Assembly: GCF_009914755.1 (NCBI RefSeq)
Contig: NC_060932.1
From: the human T2T-CHM13v2.0 reference genome, Homo sapiens
Direction: 5' to 3' (one strand)
Length of the DNA: 64,000 nt
How positions within the stretch are numbered: the first letter of the stretch is position 1; the number at the start of each line of letters is the position of its first letter. Both the position numbers and the translations under genes were made by a program. The notes beneath the pieces were generated by a model that saw nothing but the letters and a program-made list of their open reading frames with translations, was not told where the DNA came from and ran no database searches. This document shows positions 45,200 through 57,704 of this stretch, in pieces.

Positions 45200-46330
45200 G
45201 AGGTCCAAGAGGGCGGATGGAGAAAGTTCCCCAGCAGGAACTCCCCGCTAGGGAAGCTTTAGAATTTGCCCGGGAGAGCGGGGGGTGCTGCGGTGGTCAG
45301 TGTGGAGCATTTGACCGGTGGAGGCCCGGGATGCACCGTCCTGCCGCCCACGCACTCGCGGCAGAGCCCAGGGCGGCCTGCGCAGCTTGCATAGGGCCCA
45401 CGGGACGCCGCCCACGGGGAAAGCCGTCTGTAACCATCCGAGCCTAGATACTCCCTGTTTACCTGCAGACACACCCACCGCACGGCCCAGGAATACGGCC
45501 ACTGCGGAAGTCAAGAGGAGACTGCTGCGTTCCCTTTGAAACAGCCCAGGGCGGCTCATCAAGGCTGCAGAAAACATTACAGCCCCACAGGCAGGGCTGC
45601 TCCGGCCTTCGTTTAGCAGCTTGATTGAGGCGTCATTGGCACACGGCGAACTGCGCGTCATTAACGTGGGCGGTTCAGTGAGTTCTGAGGAACGCATAGC
45701 AGGTGAATCCGTCGCCACAGTCGGGAAAGCGAGCACGGCCTCTCCGAAGCCTGCCCGGCTCCTCGGGAACCTGCCTCCCGCATGGCAGCTGCTGCCCTTC
45801 GGAGGCCGACCCGACCCATCCCTGGGTGCTGTCTAGGTCACTGTCCTTGTGTGTTTTTGTTTTACTTTAGAACTCTTATAAAGACACAAACCGATGAGTA
45901 GAGACAAACTCACACTAGGAAATGGACTGGGTGTGGTTTGCAAAGCGGGGAGCGCGGTCTGTGTCCGGAACCCTCTGAGCTCAGGCAGCGTCCTGGGCTG
46001 TTTCCTGGGGCAGCGGCCACAGCCGTCCTATCTGCAGAGCATCCTGCTTTCCTGAAGGGCATCTGCGATGGCCCCCAGGCTGTACTGTTCCCTGTAAGTC
46101 CCGAGCCCCCTGTGGGGACAGGCGCTGGGAGGGGTGTGGCCTGCTGGGGGCTCTCGGATGTGTTGCCCCAGGGAGCCCGGCCGGGTGATGCCTCGGGGTG
46201 ACTGGGGACGGCAGGAGGGAGGGGAAGGCAGGACGCGGAGCAGTGAGGTCGGCAGCTTCTTCCCAGCGCTCGTCGACACTCCAGCCTCTTCAGCCACGTC
46301 TGGGGTTGCGTGAGCCCAGACAGAGCTCAT
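45200..46330. promoter_or_regulatory. CpG-rich island around MIR596
   Basis: High GC and CpG density. miR-596 is known to be silenced by CpG methylation in tumours. Confidence 0.65.
45732..45808 (+). ncRNA. MIR596: pre-miR-596 hairpin (mature 45747-45767)
   Basis: Contains AAGCCTGCCCGGCTCCTCGGG (miR-596). Stem CGGCCTC(T)CCGAAG pairs with CTTCGGAGGCCG. Confidence 0.92.
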
Positions 46331-47004
46331 GGCTCGAGGCTGGGAGGCTGAGAGGCCTGAAGGGGGCCTCTGATTTCCATGTACCCCCTGCACCCCATGT
46401 TCGTGTGGCCTCCGCACTTGCCCAGGGCCTCTGCCGTGTGACAGCCCCACCCCAGCCCCACGCTGCCCCAGGGTCTCCCTGGAGCGCCGTCTGTCCTCTG
46501 CCAGGCTGTACCTGGGTCCCGTGACTGAGCGGCACTGAGTGGAGACTCACTTCCTGGCTCTTCTCCCATCGCAGCACCTGAGCAGCCCCGTGACTGCGGC
46601 CTGAGGTCTGCCCCACGTGCGCTGTGGGCCAGGCAGAGCGCCAGGTGCACCCAGGCTGCCTTCATCTTCACCGCCGCTCCAGAGCCAGGGACTGGTGACT
46701 AACCCTGTATCCACGAGATAGCAGGCTCAGTACGGTCAGGGACTTGTCTGAGGTCTCACATCCAGGGTTGTTCGCCGTCCCCGGGCTCAGTGTCTCGCTC
46801 CCCGCCTGCGGAGTGGAGTAGTTCTGAGATGTGTGCATGCCATCTCCCTTTCAATGGCGCCATCCTACAAGTGGCCTCAGCCAAGGTTCAGCCAGTAGGA
46901 GGCAGACCTGGAGAGATTTAGAGCCTGGATCCGGCACCACGATGGGGGCCTGGGAGCGAGGTCCAGGCAGGCAGGCCGTGGGAAGGGCAGGCTGGACCTG
47001 GGGC

Positions 47005-47230
47005 AGAGCTGAAGCTACCGCCCACAGCGGAATTTCTTCTCTGGAAAGCCTTTCCAGTGCTGAATCGGGCCCACCCGGATTGTCTAACATAGTCTTCCTC
47101 ATTTAAAGTCCACTGTGATGGGTCTTTTGCACACCAACAGAACACCTCCACAGCCACATCTGGACCCATGTTGAATGAATTACCGGGGACTGTCACCTGG
47201 TCAAGGTGACATATAAAACTGACCCGCACA
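47005..47230 (-). mobile_element. MLT2 (ERVL) LTR fragment
   Basis: GGCCCACCCGGATT...TTAAAGTC.ACTG...AAGGTGACATATAAAACTGACC. Confidence 0.55.
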
Positions 47231-47864
47231 GTAGGTGCGAATGTCTTTCCAATTCTTTGCAGGAAACTGAGGCACAGCAATGCAGATAGCACAGCTGGTA
47301 AGGGAAGTGCCTGGGATGTGAACCCAGGAACTGTGCCCAGGAGTGGATACAAGCTTCCATCTTCGGACAGTGCCTCAGGCTCCCCCGAGATGTCCATGGG
47401 GTCAGGTGCCCTGACACCGGTCTCTGCACATGAAAGTGTTGAGTCTTCATGCTGCCTAAGTAGGTTTTGCTCTTGTTTTCAGTGAGGAGACTGAGGCCCA
47501 GGACATTGAATGACGCCCATGTTCATCCATATAGTGGTAAAAGAGGCAGAAGCCCCCGGGCCTATTTGATGATAGAGCCCAGGCCTTTAGGCCCTGCTAG
47601 AGCTGACCTCACGCACCCGCTCCGCGTGGGGCATGGAGACGTCTCTGGAGTAGAGGCGAGGCCTAGAACCAGGCAGGCTGTCTTTGCCATTTTTTTCCTT
47701 TCTGAATGTCCTAACTAGGGTATAGATTATCCCTACCCTCTGCATGGGCCTTGCACTTAATTTGCTTGCAATTAATTAAGGGATATTTTGTATTCCGTCA
47801 ATAAAGGGAATCATTATTTTTTTAAAGGAACCCAGCTTTTAAAACCCCTTTTTGCTGATACATA

Positions 47865-48195
47865 ACTTAATTTGTTCCTGCTACTGTAACAAAACACCAG
47901 AGACTGGGTCATTTATAGACAACAGGAGTTTATTTCTCACAGTTCTGGACGTGGGGAAGTCCAAGATCAACGTGCCAACAGGTTCAGTGTCTGGGGAGAG
48001 CCTGGTCTCTGCTCACAAGACAGCACCTTGAGCACTGTGCCCTCACTGGTAGGAGGGGTGAACAGCCCCCTGGCACTTCTACAAGGGCACTAAGCCCATC
48101 CCTCATGACCCACTAACCTCCTCAAGGCCCCACCTCTTACTGCTATCACGTTGGTGATGAACTTTCAGTCATCAAGGGGGATGCATTGAGGCCAC
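47865..48195 (-). mobile_element. MaLR LTR (MST/MLT1A)
   Basis: TAACAAAACACCAGAGACTGGGTCATTTATA...TTTCTCACAGTTCTGGA. Confidence 0.7.
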
Positions 48196-48636
48196 TGTAT
48201 ATATCCCATGAAGTAGCTTACTCTTGTGTTCGGCTTGATTCTATTTACAAAGTGAACACACCCATGTGTCTGCAAATCAAATCAAGATGTAGTCACCGTT
48301 TTCATCACTCCCCAGAATTCCTTTGTCTTTTCTGAGACGATACCCCCAAAAATAACCACTGTTCTGATTCCTATTATTATAGGTTGGTTTGGCACATTCT
48401 TGAATTTCATAAAAATTGAATCATACTATATGTGCCCTTTTGTCTATGTTTTTCATGTTTTCAAGATTCATTGTTATTGAACATATCAGTTTCTTCCTTT
48501 TTATTACTGTATTATTAGTATTCTATTATTCTATGAAGATACAATACTTTATGAGTTCACCTGTTGATGGAATTTGGGTTGTTTCCAGTTGCGAAGTATT
48601 TGAACTGTTTTGAAGAAAGAATTCTTGTAAAAATCA

Positions 48637-48870
48637 TTTTTTTTTTTTGAGACAGGGTCTTGCTCTGTCCACCCAGGCTAGAGTGCAGTGGTGGTGAACA
48701 TGACTCATTACAGCCTTGACCTCCCAGCCTCAAGCGATCCTCCCACTTCAGCTTCCTAAGTAGCTGGGACTGGAGGTGGAGACTATCATGCTAGACTCCT
48801 GGGCTCAAGCAATCCTCCACCTTGGCCTCCTAAAGTGCTGGGGTTACAGGTGGGAGTCACCATGTCTGGC
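48637..48870 (-). mobile_element. AluJ with an internal deletion
   Basis: Alu arms joined without a linker. Confidence 0.8.
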
Positions 48871-49291
48871 TGTAAAAGTCTTTTAAGGGACTTATGTTTT
48901 CACTTGCCTTGGGCAAACCTAAAAGTGGGATTGCTGAGAAATGGGCAAACAATTAATCAGAGTGGTTGCGCCATTTGCACTCTCATCGCCTTGTATAGTG
49001 GTTCCAGGGGCTCCACATTTTTACCCTTGCCATGTCGGTCTGCAGTTTCAGCCGTGCTTGGATGACGGTGGTGGCATCTCATTGTGAGTTTACTTTGGGT
49101 AACACTGAGCACTATTTCCTGTTCTTGTTGGCTATCAGTACATCTTTGGTGAAGTATTTACGTCTTTTGTTTATTTTTAAATAGACTTGTTATTGTTATT
49201 TACAGGCTTGTTATTGTTATATTGTTTTGTCCCTTTTGAAATAGACTTGTCTTGTTATTGTTCATTTGCAGGAGTTCTCTATTTACCAGGA

Positions 49292-49866
<575 letters not shown>

Positions 49867-52449
49867 AGCCATTTGTGGGATATATGCATTGCCCCTGTGT
49901 TCTCCCAGTCTGTGGCTTGCCTTTTCATTTTCTTAATGATGTCATGAGATGAGTAGAAATATTAAATTTTGATAAGCCATTTAATCATTTTTAAATGGTC
50001 GGTCCATTTTCTGTCTTACCTGAAGATCCGTAAGATCTTTTCTTATATTTTATCCTAGCAACTTTATAATTTTTACACTTAAGTCTATGATCCATCTGAA
50101 ATTCCTAAATTCTATTTTAATCCTAATAGTTTATTTGTAGATAATTTTGTTTTTTAACATATATAATCATATTGACTGTAAATAATCAGTTTTTCCTCCC
50201 TCAATCCTTACACTTTTTGTTTTTATGACCTACAACACTTGTTAGATGCTGCAGGACAATGCTGAATAGACTACGGAGAGTCAAAGATTTTCATACACCC
50301 TTATCAGTACAAGTAGATAAAAAGTACAAGTAGATAAAAAGTACAAGTAGATAAAAAAATCAGTAACAAATATGACCTAATTGACATCTGTAGAACTTTA
50401 TGTCAGTGAAAGCATGTTCTCAGCAAGTGCTCATAGAACATTTACCAAAATAGACAATGTTGGGCCATGAAGCAAGTGTTTGAAAATCTTAAACGACAAA
50501 AATAAAACAGCTGATGTTTTAAGGCCCGGTGGAATTAAACTTTAGTTACAATAAAAAGAAAACCAGAAAGTCCCCATATATTTGAAAGGTGAACCTAACT
50601 TTTCTAAATATCCCATGGGTCAAAGAGGGAATCACAATGGAAAATCCCAACTCTTCCATATCCGGGCTTACGAAAATAGGGATGTATCTGTGAGGAACGC
50701 CTGAATAAAGCAGACAGACAGGATCTATTGGAGCTCCAAATCAGGGGATTTTCTGCCCAACCTGCCTGGAAGGCATTGCTCTGTGGCCCTACTCAGTGGT
50801 GTCCCTGGCGGCCCTGAGTTTAGGGGCTCAATTTCATCCATTGAGAAAATGAGTTGTTTATTCCATACACAGGACTATTTCCTCTTATCTCTACCTTTTT
50901 AGAAAACACTACAAGTATCAGGATTTTCTCATCGTATTTAGGTAAACAAGAACTAATTTAGTTGACCTTCTTACTTCTGTTGATCAAGACCATTGATCTG
51001 ACCATTGATCTGTGCAGAAGATCTCTGAATAAGGTACCCAGAGAACCCTAGGAATAGAAACCTGAAATAAGTTTTCTAATCTTAAGGTCGCTGAGAGCAA
51101 ATACCTTTTTCAATTGATTCATAAAAACAACTCAGTCTGATTTCATAAAATTAGCAAGTGTGAATAATAAACATTGAAAAAATATCACCTTACCTACGAT
51201 TATTTTTTCCAGCCATTGTAGTCTTTCTATGTTGGCTATGATTTTTACATAGTCCAAAATTTTCAGGGAAATAACTTATTCCAGAGCACACAAGCCTTAA
51301 GGGCAGTTAATGTTTAGATTAATTTCGTGATACTTAGCATCCCAAATAGCTGTTTGTATTTCTTCTATAAAACAAGTGAAAGGGACTAGAAATCTCTAAG
51401 AAGTCTGACAGTTCTAAAACACTGACTTAAAATTACTTCTATGATTCGGAGATTTGGGTAGGAGAAGGCATAGAAATAAATCTAGCATCTGCGAACACAC
51501 TTGTTAAATGTGCTGACCAGGTAAAAGATAACATCCTTTAGTTATTTTGGTTAAAAATGTCTTTGTTTCTCGTTTTTTTTTTCTTTAATAGTAATTATAA
51601 CGATAATCTGTTTCCTTTTTAAAAGTATAAGACAAATAAATGCTCAAAGTAAACAATTCCAATAACTCAGAAGGGGCCATTCCCTGGAAAGGTCCCGGGA
51701 AAAACGAGCGCTTCCTGGCAAGAAGCAAGCTTCAAAAACTGCCTCGGAAACGTGGCTGAAGTCATCGCATTTCCAAACGCCCAAGCCTTGGCTGGTCCAG
51801 GGCAGCTGGCGCGGAAGACCCGGAACGCCCTGTGGGCAGGGCCAGCTGCGGACGGAGGGACGGGGGCTCAAGGGCGGGTCGGGTGGGGTCCCGACTCCCC
51901 CTCCTCGGCTGGGCGCACCCCGGGTGTCCGCAGGGAGGGGCGATGTTCTGGGGGGGGGAGCGTCTGCCCGACGCCCCCTCCCTCAGGTGAGCTCAGCCCG
52001 TGGGGGTCCGCAGAAAGGGCGGTGCTCTGGGAGAGGGTTAGGGTCTGCCCGGCGCACCCTCCCCAAGGGGCGCAGCTCTGAGCCGGGAGCAGGCTCTGCG
52101 GGGAGGATCCAGATGTTGGGGGCGGGGAGGGCACTCGGTCTGCCCAGCGACCCCTCCCGAAGTGAGCGCGGCCCGGGGTCCGCGGGGCAGGAGATGATCC
52201 GGGGGCGGGAGCCTCTGCCGCGCGCCCCCTCCCACGCGTGCGCAGCCTGGGCCGGGCGTTGGGCAGCGGGAGGGGGCGCGGGCGGCCACGTGGCCTCGAA
52301 GGAATGCGCGGGCGCGAGGGCAGGGCGCTGCCGAGAAACCGGCAGGCTCTGCGGCCAATGGGCGCCCGGAACGGTCTGGGCCCGCCAATGACAGCATGGT
52401 GGGTGGAGCAGGCCGTCCGGGCGGGAGGGGCTGGGCGCATCCCTGTAGC

Positions 52450-52613
52450 CGGCGGGCGCGCGATCCGGGACGGACGGGGTCGCGGGGGACGCGGGGGACG
52501 CGGGGGACGGCGGGGAACGGCGGGGGACGGCGGGGAACAGCGGGGGACGGCGGGGAACAGCGGGGGACGGCGGGGAACAGCAGGGGACTGCGGGTCGCGT
52601 CCTGGCCGCCGAG
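52450..52613 (+). other. ARHGEF10: ARHGEF10 non-coding exon 1 (5' UTR; TSS approximate). Intron 1 runs past the window end.
   Basis: Strong donor GAG|GTGAGT at 52613/52614 downstream of the CCAAT boxes. Known gene order is CLN8-MIR3674-MIR596-ARHGEF10. No ARHGEF10 coding sequence is seen in the window. Confidence 0.75.
52482..52590 (+). repeat. G-rich 9-10-bp repeat (GCGGGGGACG/GCGGGGAACR) x~11 in ARHGEF10 exon 1
   Basis: Directly visible. Confidence 0.9.
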
Positions 52614-53037
52614 GTGAGTGCGGGCCCCGCGGACCGTGGGTCCCCTCGCGGGCTTCTGGTTTCCTTTGAGAGTTGCACTTCTGCCCGGCTCCCCCGAAAT
52701 CGCTGGGTCCCACCCGGAGGTGGCTGCGCCCCCGACCCCCTGCGCAGATGTTTCAGGGAAGGGGCTGAGACCCCCTCCCCCCGAGCAGCTCCCCCTTCCG
52801 CGGCGCCCCCGGCCCCTCAGGATAACGGCGCGGGCCTGGGCGGGGGGAGCAGGGACTGGCAGCAGGGACCCCTGGCCCCAGGGGCAGGAGCGAACTCCGA
52901 TCGGCGGAAGGAGCCCGAGGGGCGAGCTGGCTTCGCCTGGGGGGTCGTGCAGTAACTTAGATTTTCCGGTAAAGAAGAAGAATGCGGTCCGCCTCAGGAT
53001 GCAGAGAAGGACCGGTGTAAGGAAAGCCGGCGTCTTT

Positions 53038-54375
53038 CCCCCGCACCCTACCTGTCCCCCTACCCCACCAGTTCCCCGCACCCCGTGTACCCCGCCTGTC
53101 CCTCAGCACCCCCTGTTCACTCTGCACTCCACCAGTTCCCCGCACCCCAGCTGTCCCCCCGCACCCCACCTGTTTACCCTGCACCCCAGCTGTCCCCCGC
53201 GCCGCAGCTGTCCCCCCCACACCCCACCTATTCCCCCGCACCCCGCCTGTCCCCCCGCACCCTACCTGTTTATTCTGCACCCCACCTGTCCCCTCGCACC
53301 CCACCTGTTCCCCCTGCACCCCACCTGTCTTCCCCACACCCCACCTGTTTACTCTGCACCCCAGCTGTCCCCCCACACCCCACCAGTTCCCCGCACCCCG
53401 TGTACCCCGCCTGTCCCTCAGCACCCCATGTTAACTCTGCACTCCACCAGTTCCCCGCACCCCACCTGTCCCCTCGCACCCCACCTGTCCTCCCCACACC
53501 CCACCTGTTTACTCTGCACCCCAGCTGTCCCCCCACACCCCACCTGTTCACCCGCACTCCACCTGTCCCCCCGCACTCCACCTGTCCCCCCGCACCCCAC
53601 CTGTCCCCCCGCACCCCACCTGTCCCCCTGCACCCCACCTGTCCCTCCGCACCCCACCTGTCCCTCCGCACCCCACCTGTTCACCCGCACCCCACCTGTC
53701 CCCCCGCACCCCACCTGTCCCCCCGCACCCCACCTGTCCCCCTGCACCCCACCTGTTCACCCGCACCCCACCTGTCCCCCCGCACCCCACCTGTCCCCCC
53801 GCACCCCACCTGTCCCCCCGCACCCCACCTGTCCCCTCGCACCCCACCTGTCCCCCCGCACCCCACCTGTCCCCTCGCACCCCACCTGTCCTCCCCACAC
53901 CCCACCTGTTTACTCTGCACCCCAGCTGTCCCCCCACACCCCACCTGTTCACCCGCACTCCACCTGTCCCCCCGCACTCCACCTGTCCCCCCGCACCCCA
54001 CCTGTCCCCCCTGCACCTCACCTGTCCCCCCGCACCCCACCTGTCCCCCCGCACCCCACCTGTCCCCCCGCACCCCACCTGTCCCCCCGCACCCCACCTG
54101 TTCACCTGCACCCCACCTGTCCCCCCGCACCCCACCTGTCTCCCCGTACCCCACCTGTTCCCCCGCACCCCACCTGTCCTCGCACCCCACCTCTCTCCCT
54201 GAACCCCACCTGTCCCCTGCACCTCAACTGTCCTGCACCCCACCTGTCCCCCTGATCCCCACCTGTCCTCTGCACCTCACCTGTCCCCCTACACCTCACC
54301 TGTTTACCCTGCACCCCAGCTGTCCCTCGCACCCCAGCTGTCCCCCCCGTACTCCACCTGTTCCCCTGCACCCCA
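53038..54375. repeat. 19-bp C-rich minisatellite, ~70 copies (GCACCCCACCTGTCCCCCC)
   Basis: 19-aa periodicity in the ORF track (3 units = 57 nt). Confidence 0.96.
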
Positions 54376-55162
54376 CAGCCCGCTGGTGCCCAAGAAGCCA
54401 AGGTAGATTCTGAGGAAACTGCCCTAGGTCCACAGACGCCCTGCCCACCTGTCCCAGCCCCACTCCCCTTCCATGGGCCCCTGGGCACTGAAGGTGAGGT
54501 CTGAGTACCCCTCCCGACTGTGGCCAGTAGGTCATGTTCCCAGGCAGCAGTAGACGAACTTGCTGTTGTCTGATATTGATTCCAGTCACTAACTTTGGCT
54601 GCAAGTAAAAATTCTCATTGACTCAAGATGTAACGGGTTTTAATTCTTTTCTCTGGTTAACCATAACCTGAGTACGGACTGGTCAGTATTCTAGATTCTG
54701 TGCAGGAGTGACTTAATGTCCATATGGGTGGAATGCTGCAAGGAGGAACAATTTCACTGTTGCTGATTAATAATATGTTTTGAACACCTGCTTTATAGAA
54801 AATAATTTTTATTCGAAAAGAGAGATGATTACTGAGGTTTACACGTCATGTATTTTTAAAAACACACTTTGTCCCTGTCTGTCTCTCACAGCATTTATTT
54901 GCTGGCTTTAGCAGCCAACATCGGCAGTTACGGATGCATAACTCTTTATAGACAGATGAGACCTCCAGGATTTCTCAGCAGTAAGAAAAGTCATTTGTAT
55001 AAGGTGCTATTTGTAATTCATTAGTTGTAGACAGTTGGGGGTGAAGTGAAGTTAAAAGTTATTCAGAATAGCTTTTTATGTTTTTAAAAGTTGATGCTTG
55101 ACTTCCAGATGTAACCACATTTGTCTTCTGGGTGCTTTGGTGTGCTGCCTTTCCTCTGCAGT

Positions 55163-55283
55163 TTGTGTGTGCATACGTGTGCGTGTGTCTTTGTGTATGT
55201 GTTTGTGTTTGTATGCATGTGTGTGCGTTTGTGTGTGCGTGTGTTTGTGTGTGCGCTTTGTGTGTGTGTGTGTGCGCGTGTGT
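55163..55283. repeat. Imperfect (TG)n tract
   Basis: Directly visible. Confidence 0.85.
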
Positions 55284-56148
55284 GAGTTGTAGATAGAGGC
55301 GTTGGGTGGTGTGGAGGGTGTGGAGTTACAGACCTGGGTTGAGGTGGGGAAGCTTTTCCCTGGCCCTGTGAGTCCAGACTTCTCACGGGACTTGAGGGTG
55401 CTCACTTACGAAGTTGCTAGAAGGCGTTGTATGGGGAAGTGCTGCTTAAAACAAAGATGTTTGGCATAAATTAGAGCAAACTGGAAATGCGCTAATGACG
55501 GTTGTATTCTGTAAGCGATGTGAAAACGTCATAGTGAGATGTAAGAAAGCGCTGTTGTAGGCCCGTCATTGTTTACTGCACAGTGTGTGGCAGGAAGCAT
55601 GCAAAGAACAGCTCGGATCTGGAGATGCTCAGAGAATCTGTGTTTCATGCGTGCGTTGCTTATAGTTTGCCTGGGTAGAAAGGTAAGTGGCGTGAAATAA
55701 GACAGAAGGGAAGCGTAGCTGTTAGTCATTCATGAGGGAGAACTTCAGCTCTCTCCCTTAACCAGGCTTTCTGGGAGTGTAATTTTGGAAGGTTCTGGGA
55801 GCTCTGCAGTGGAAAGGGGTGGGCCAGGCCCAGGGGCTGCCAAGGGTCTGAGAGGCAGGGAGAGCAGAGGCCGGTGACCAGCAGGGGTCCTTGCCTGGGT
55901 GGCAGACAGGGCCACAGCCCCAGGTCCGTCTAGGGAGGGGCAGGGTTACCTGTAAGGACAGGTGTGGCAAAGGGGCCCAGGGAGAATGCCCTGCCACCAG
56001 CCCCCACGCTGATACACACACACTTCTGCCACATCTGCCACCCTACTCTGCTTCAGCCTGTTCATAGTTGTCAGGTTTGGACATTGGTTTTGGTTCTGTT
56101 TGTTTGTTTTCTGTGAGTAGTTTTCCAAATTTTGATAAAAAAGTGATC

Positions 56149-56433
56149 TTTTTTTTTGAAATGGAGTATCACTCTGTTGCCCAGGCTGGAGTGCAGTGGA
56201 GAGATTCGGCTTGCTGCAGTCTTTGCTTCCCAGGTTCAAGCAATTCTCCTGCCTCTGCCTCCCAAGTAGCTGGGATTATAAGCACCCACCACCGTGCCCG
56301 GCTAATTTTTGTATTTTTAGTAGACGGGTTTTGCCATGTTGGCCAGGCTGGTCTTGAACTCCCGACCTCAAGTGATCCACCTGCCTCAGCCTCCCAAAGC
56401 GCTGGGATTACAGGCGTGAGCCACTGCATGCCC
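56149..56433 (-). mobile_element. AluS
   Basis: Alu consensus. Confidence 0.9.
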
Positions 56434-57162
56434 CGTCAAAATGATCATTTTAAATCGTGGATTTTTCCTTTCCTTCCATCATTGCCATTTCCTGCTTTTT
56501 GTTGTATCATTAGAGTAAAGCAGGCCTGCCAGTAGAAAGTGCTATATGGGGGTTGTTGGTATTTTATATTTTTGTTAAATGATGTGAAAAAGGTGTAAAA
56601 TATTTTTAAAAATGTTTGGGTTCAAAGTTTTTCTCTTCCATGGGTCACTTCTGATAGGGGAAATAACTGTGTAAAGTAAAATATGGTATCCAGAGCTGTG
56701 ACTGGTGCGGGGGCCCTTGTGAGGGAGCGATGGGGAAGCATGCAGGTTGTTAACAGGCACATGTAGAGATGCATGGCTGTCTGCGTAGAATAGGCCTGGC
56801 TGCATCAGCATTGGCTAGTTACCAATCTGGCCATTCTAGGTTCCAATATCTTAATGACCGTCAGTCCCTGGGGACTCACAGTGGGGGTTTAATGAAGAAA
56901 ACAGAAGGAATGGTTGTGGTACCTCAACACTCTGCCTCCACTGATAGCTACAGACAGCCGAGGCCCTTTTCGGCACCAGGTGAGTCGGGGTGAGTCAGGC
57001 TCCTGCAAGTCGTAGGTGTTGCTTCCGTGCTGAGATCACGTTCTTTGTTTTGTTTTGTGCCCGTGGCTTGTTGTCCAGCTGTGGGGAACAGACCCTTACA
57101 CTTGGATGTGGTCGTTATTATGTTGTGGAAGAGCAGTGCCTTCCTCTTAAAGTGCCTTCCTC

Positions 57163-57704
57163 CCTTAAAACCGTGGCATGCACACTTAACGGTTTTAAGG
57201 AATTACATTTTGATAAACCGTGGCATGCACACTTACTGTTTTAAGGAATTACATTTTGATAAACCGTGGCATGCACACTTACTGTTTTAAGGAATTACAT
57301 TTTGATAAACCGTGGCATGCACACTTACGGTTTTAAGGAATTACATTTTGATAAACCGTGGCATGCACACTTACTGTTTTAAGGAATTACATTTTGATAA
57401 ACCGTGGCATGCACACTTCCTGTTTTAAGGAATTACATTTTGATAAACCGTGGCGTGCACACTTAACGGTTTTAAGGAATTACATTTTGATAAACCGTGG
57501 CATGCACACTTACTGTTTTAAGGAATTACATTTTGATAAACCGTGGCGTGCACACTTAACGGTTTTAAGGAATTACATTTTGATAAACCGTGGCATGCAC
57601 ACTTACTGTTTTAAGGAATTACATTTTGATAAACCGTGGCATGCACACTTACGGTTTTAAGGAATTACATTTTGATAAACTGTGGCATGCGCACTTACTG
57701 TTTT
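57163..57704. repeat. 46/47-bp AT-rich VNTR, ~11.5 copies (AAACCGTGGCATGCACACTTACTGTTTTAAGGAATTACATTTTGAT)
   Basis: Near-identical tandem units. Confidence 0.96.

Larger units (their letters stand above)
51700..53040 (+). promoter_or_regulatory. ARHGEF10: ARHGEF10 CpG-island promoter
   Basis: Very high GC/CpG content, GC boxes, palindromic E-box GGCCACGTGGCC (52284-52295), two CCAAT boxes (52355, 52385), no TATA box. Confidence 0.85.

Noticed and set aside
51868-53081. Antisense 231-347-aa ORFs over the ARHGEF10 promoter
   Set aside because: Expected stop-codon depletion in a GC-rich CpG island; Pro/Arg/Gly-rich with no domain
52618-54413. 545-aa and 442-aa Pro/His-rich ORFs
   Set aside because: Translation of the 19-bp VNTR; the longest starts at a GTG within the splice donor
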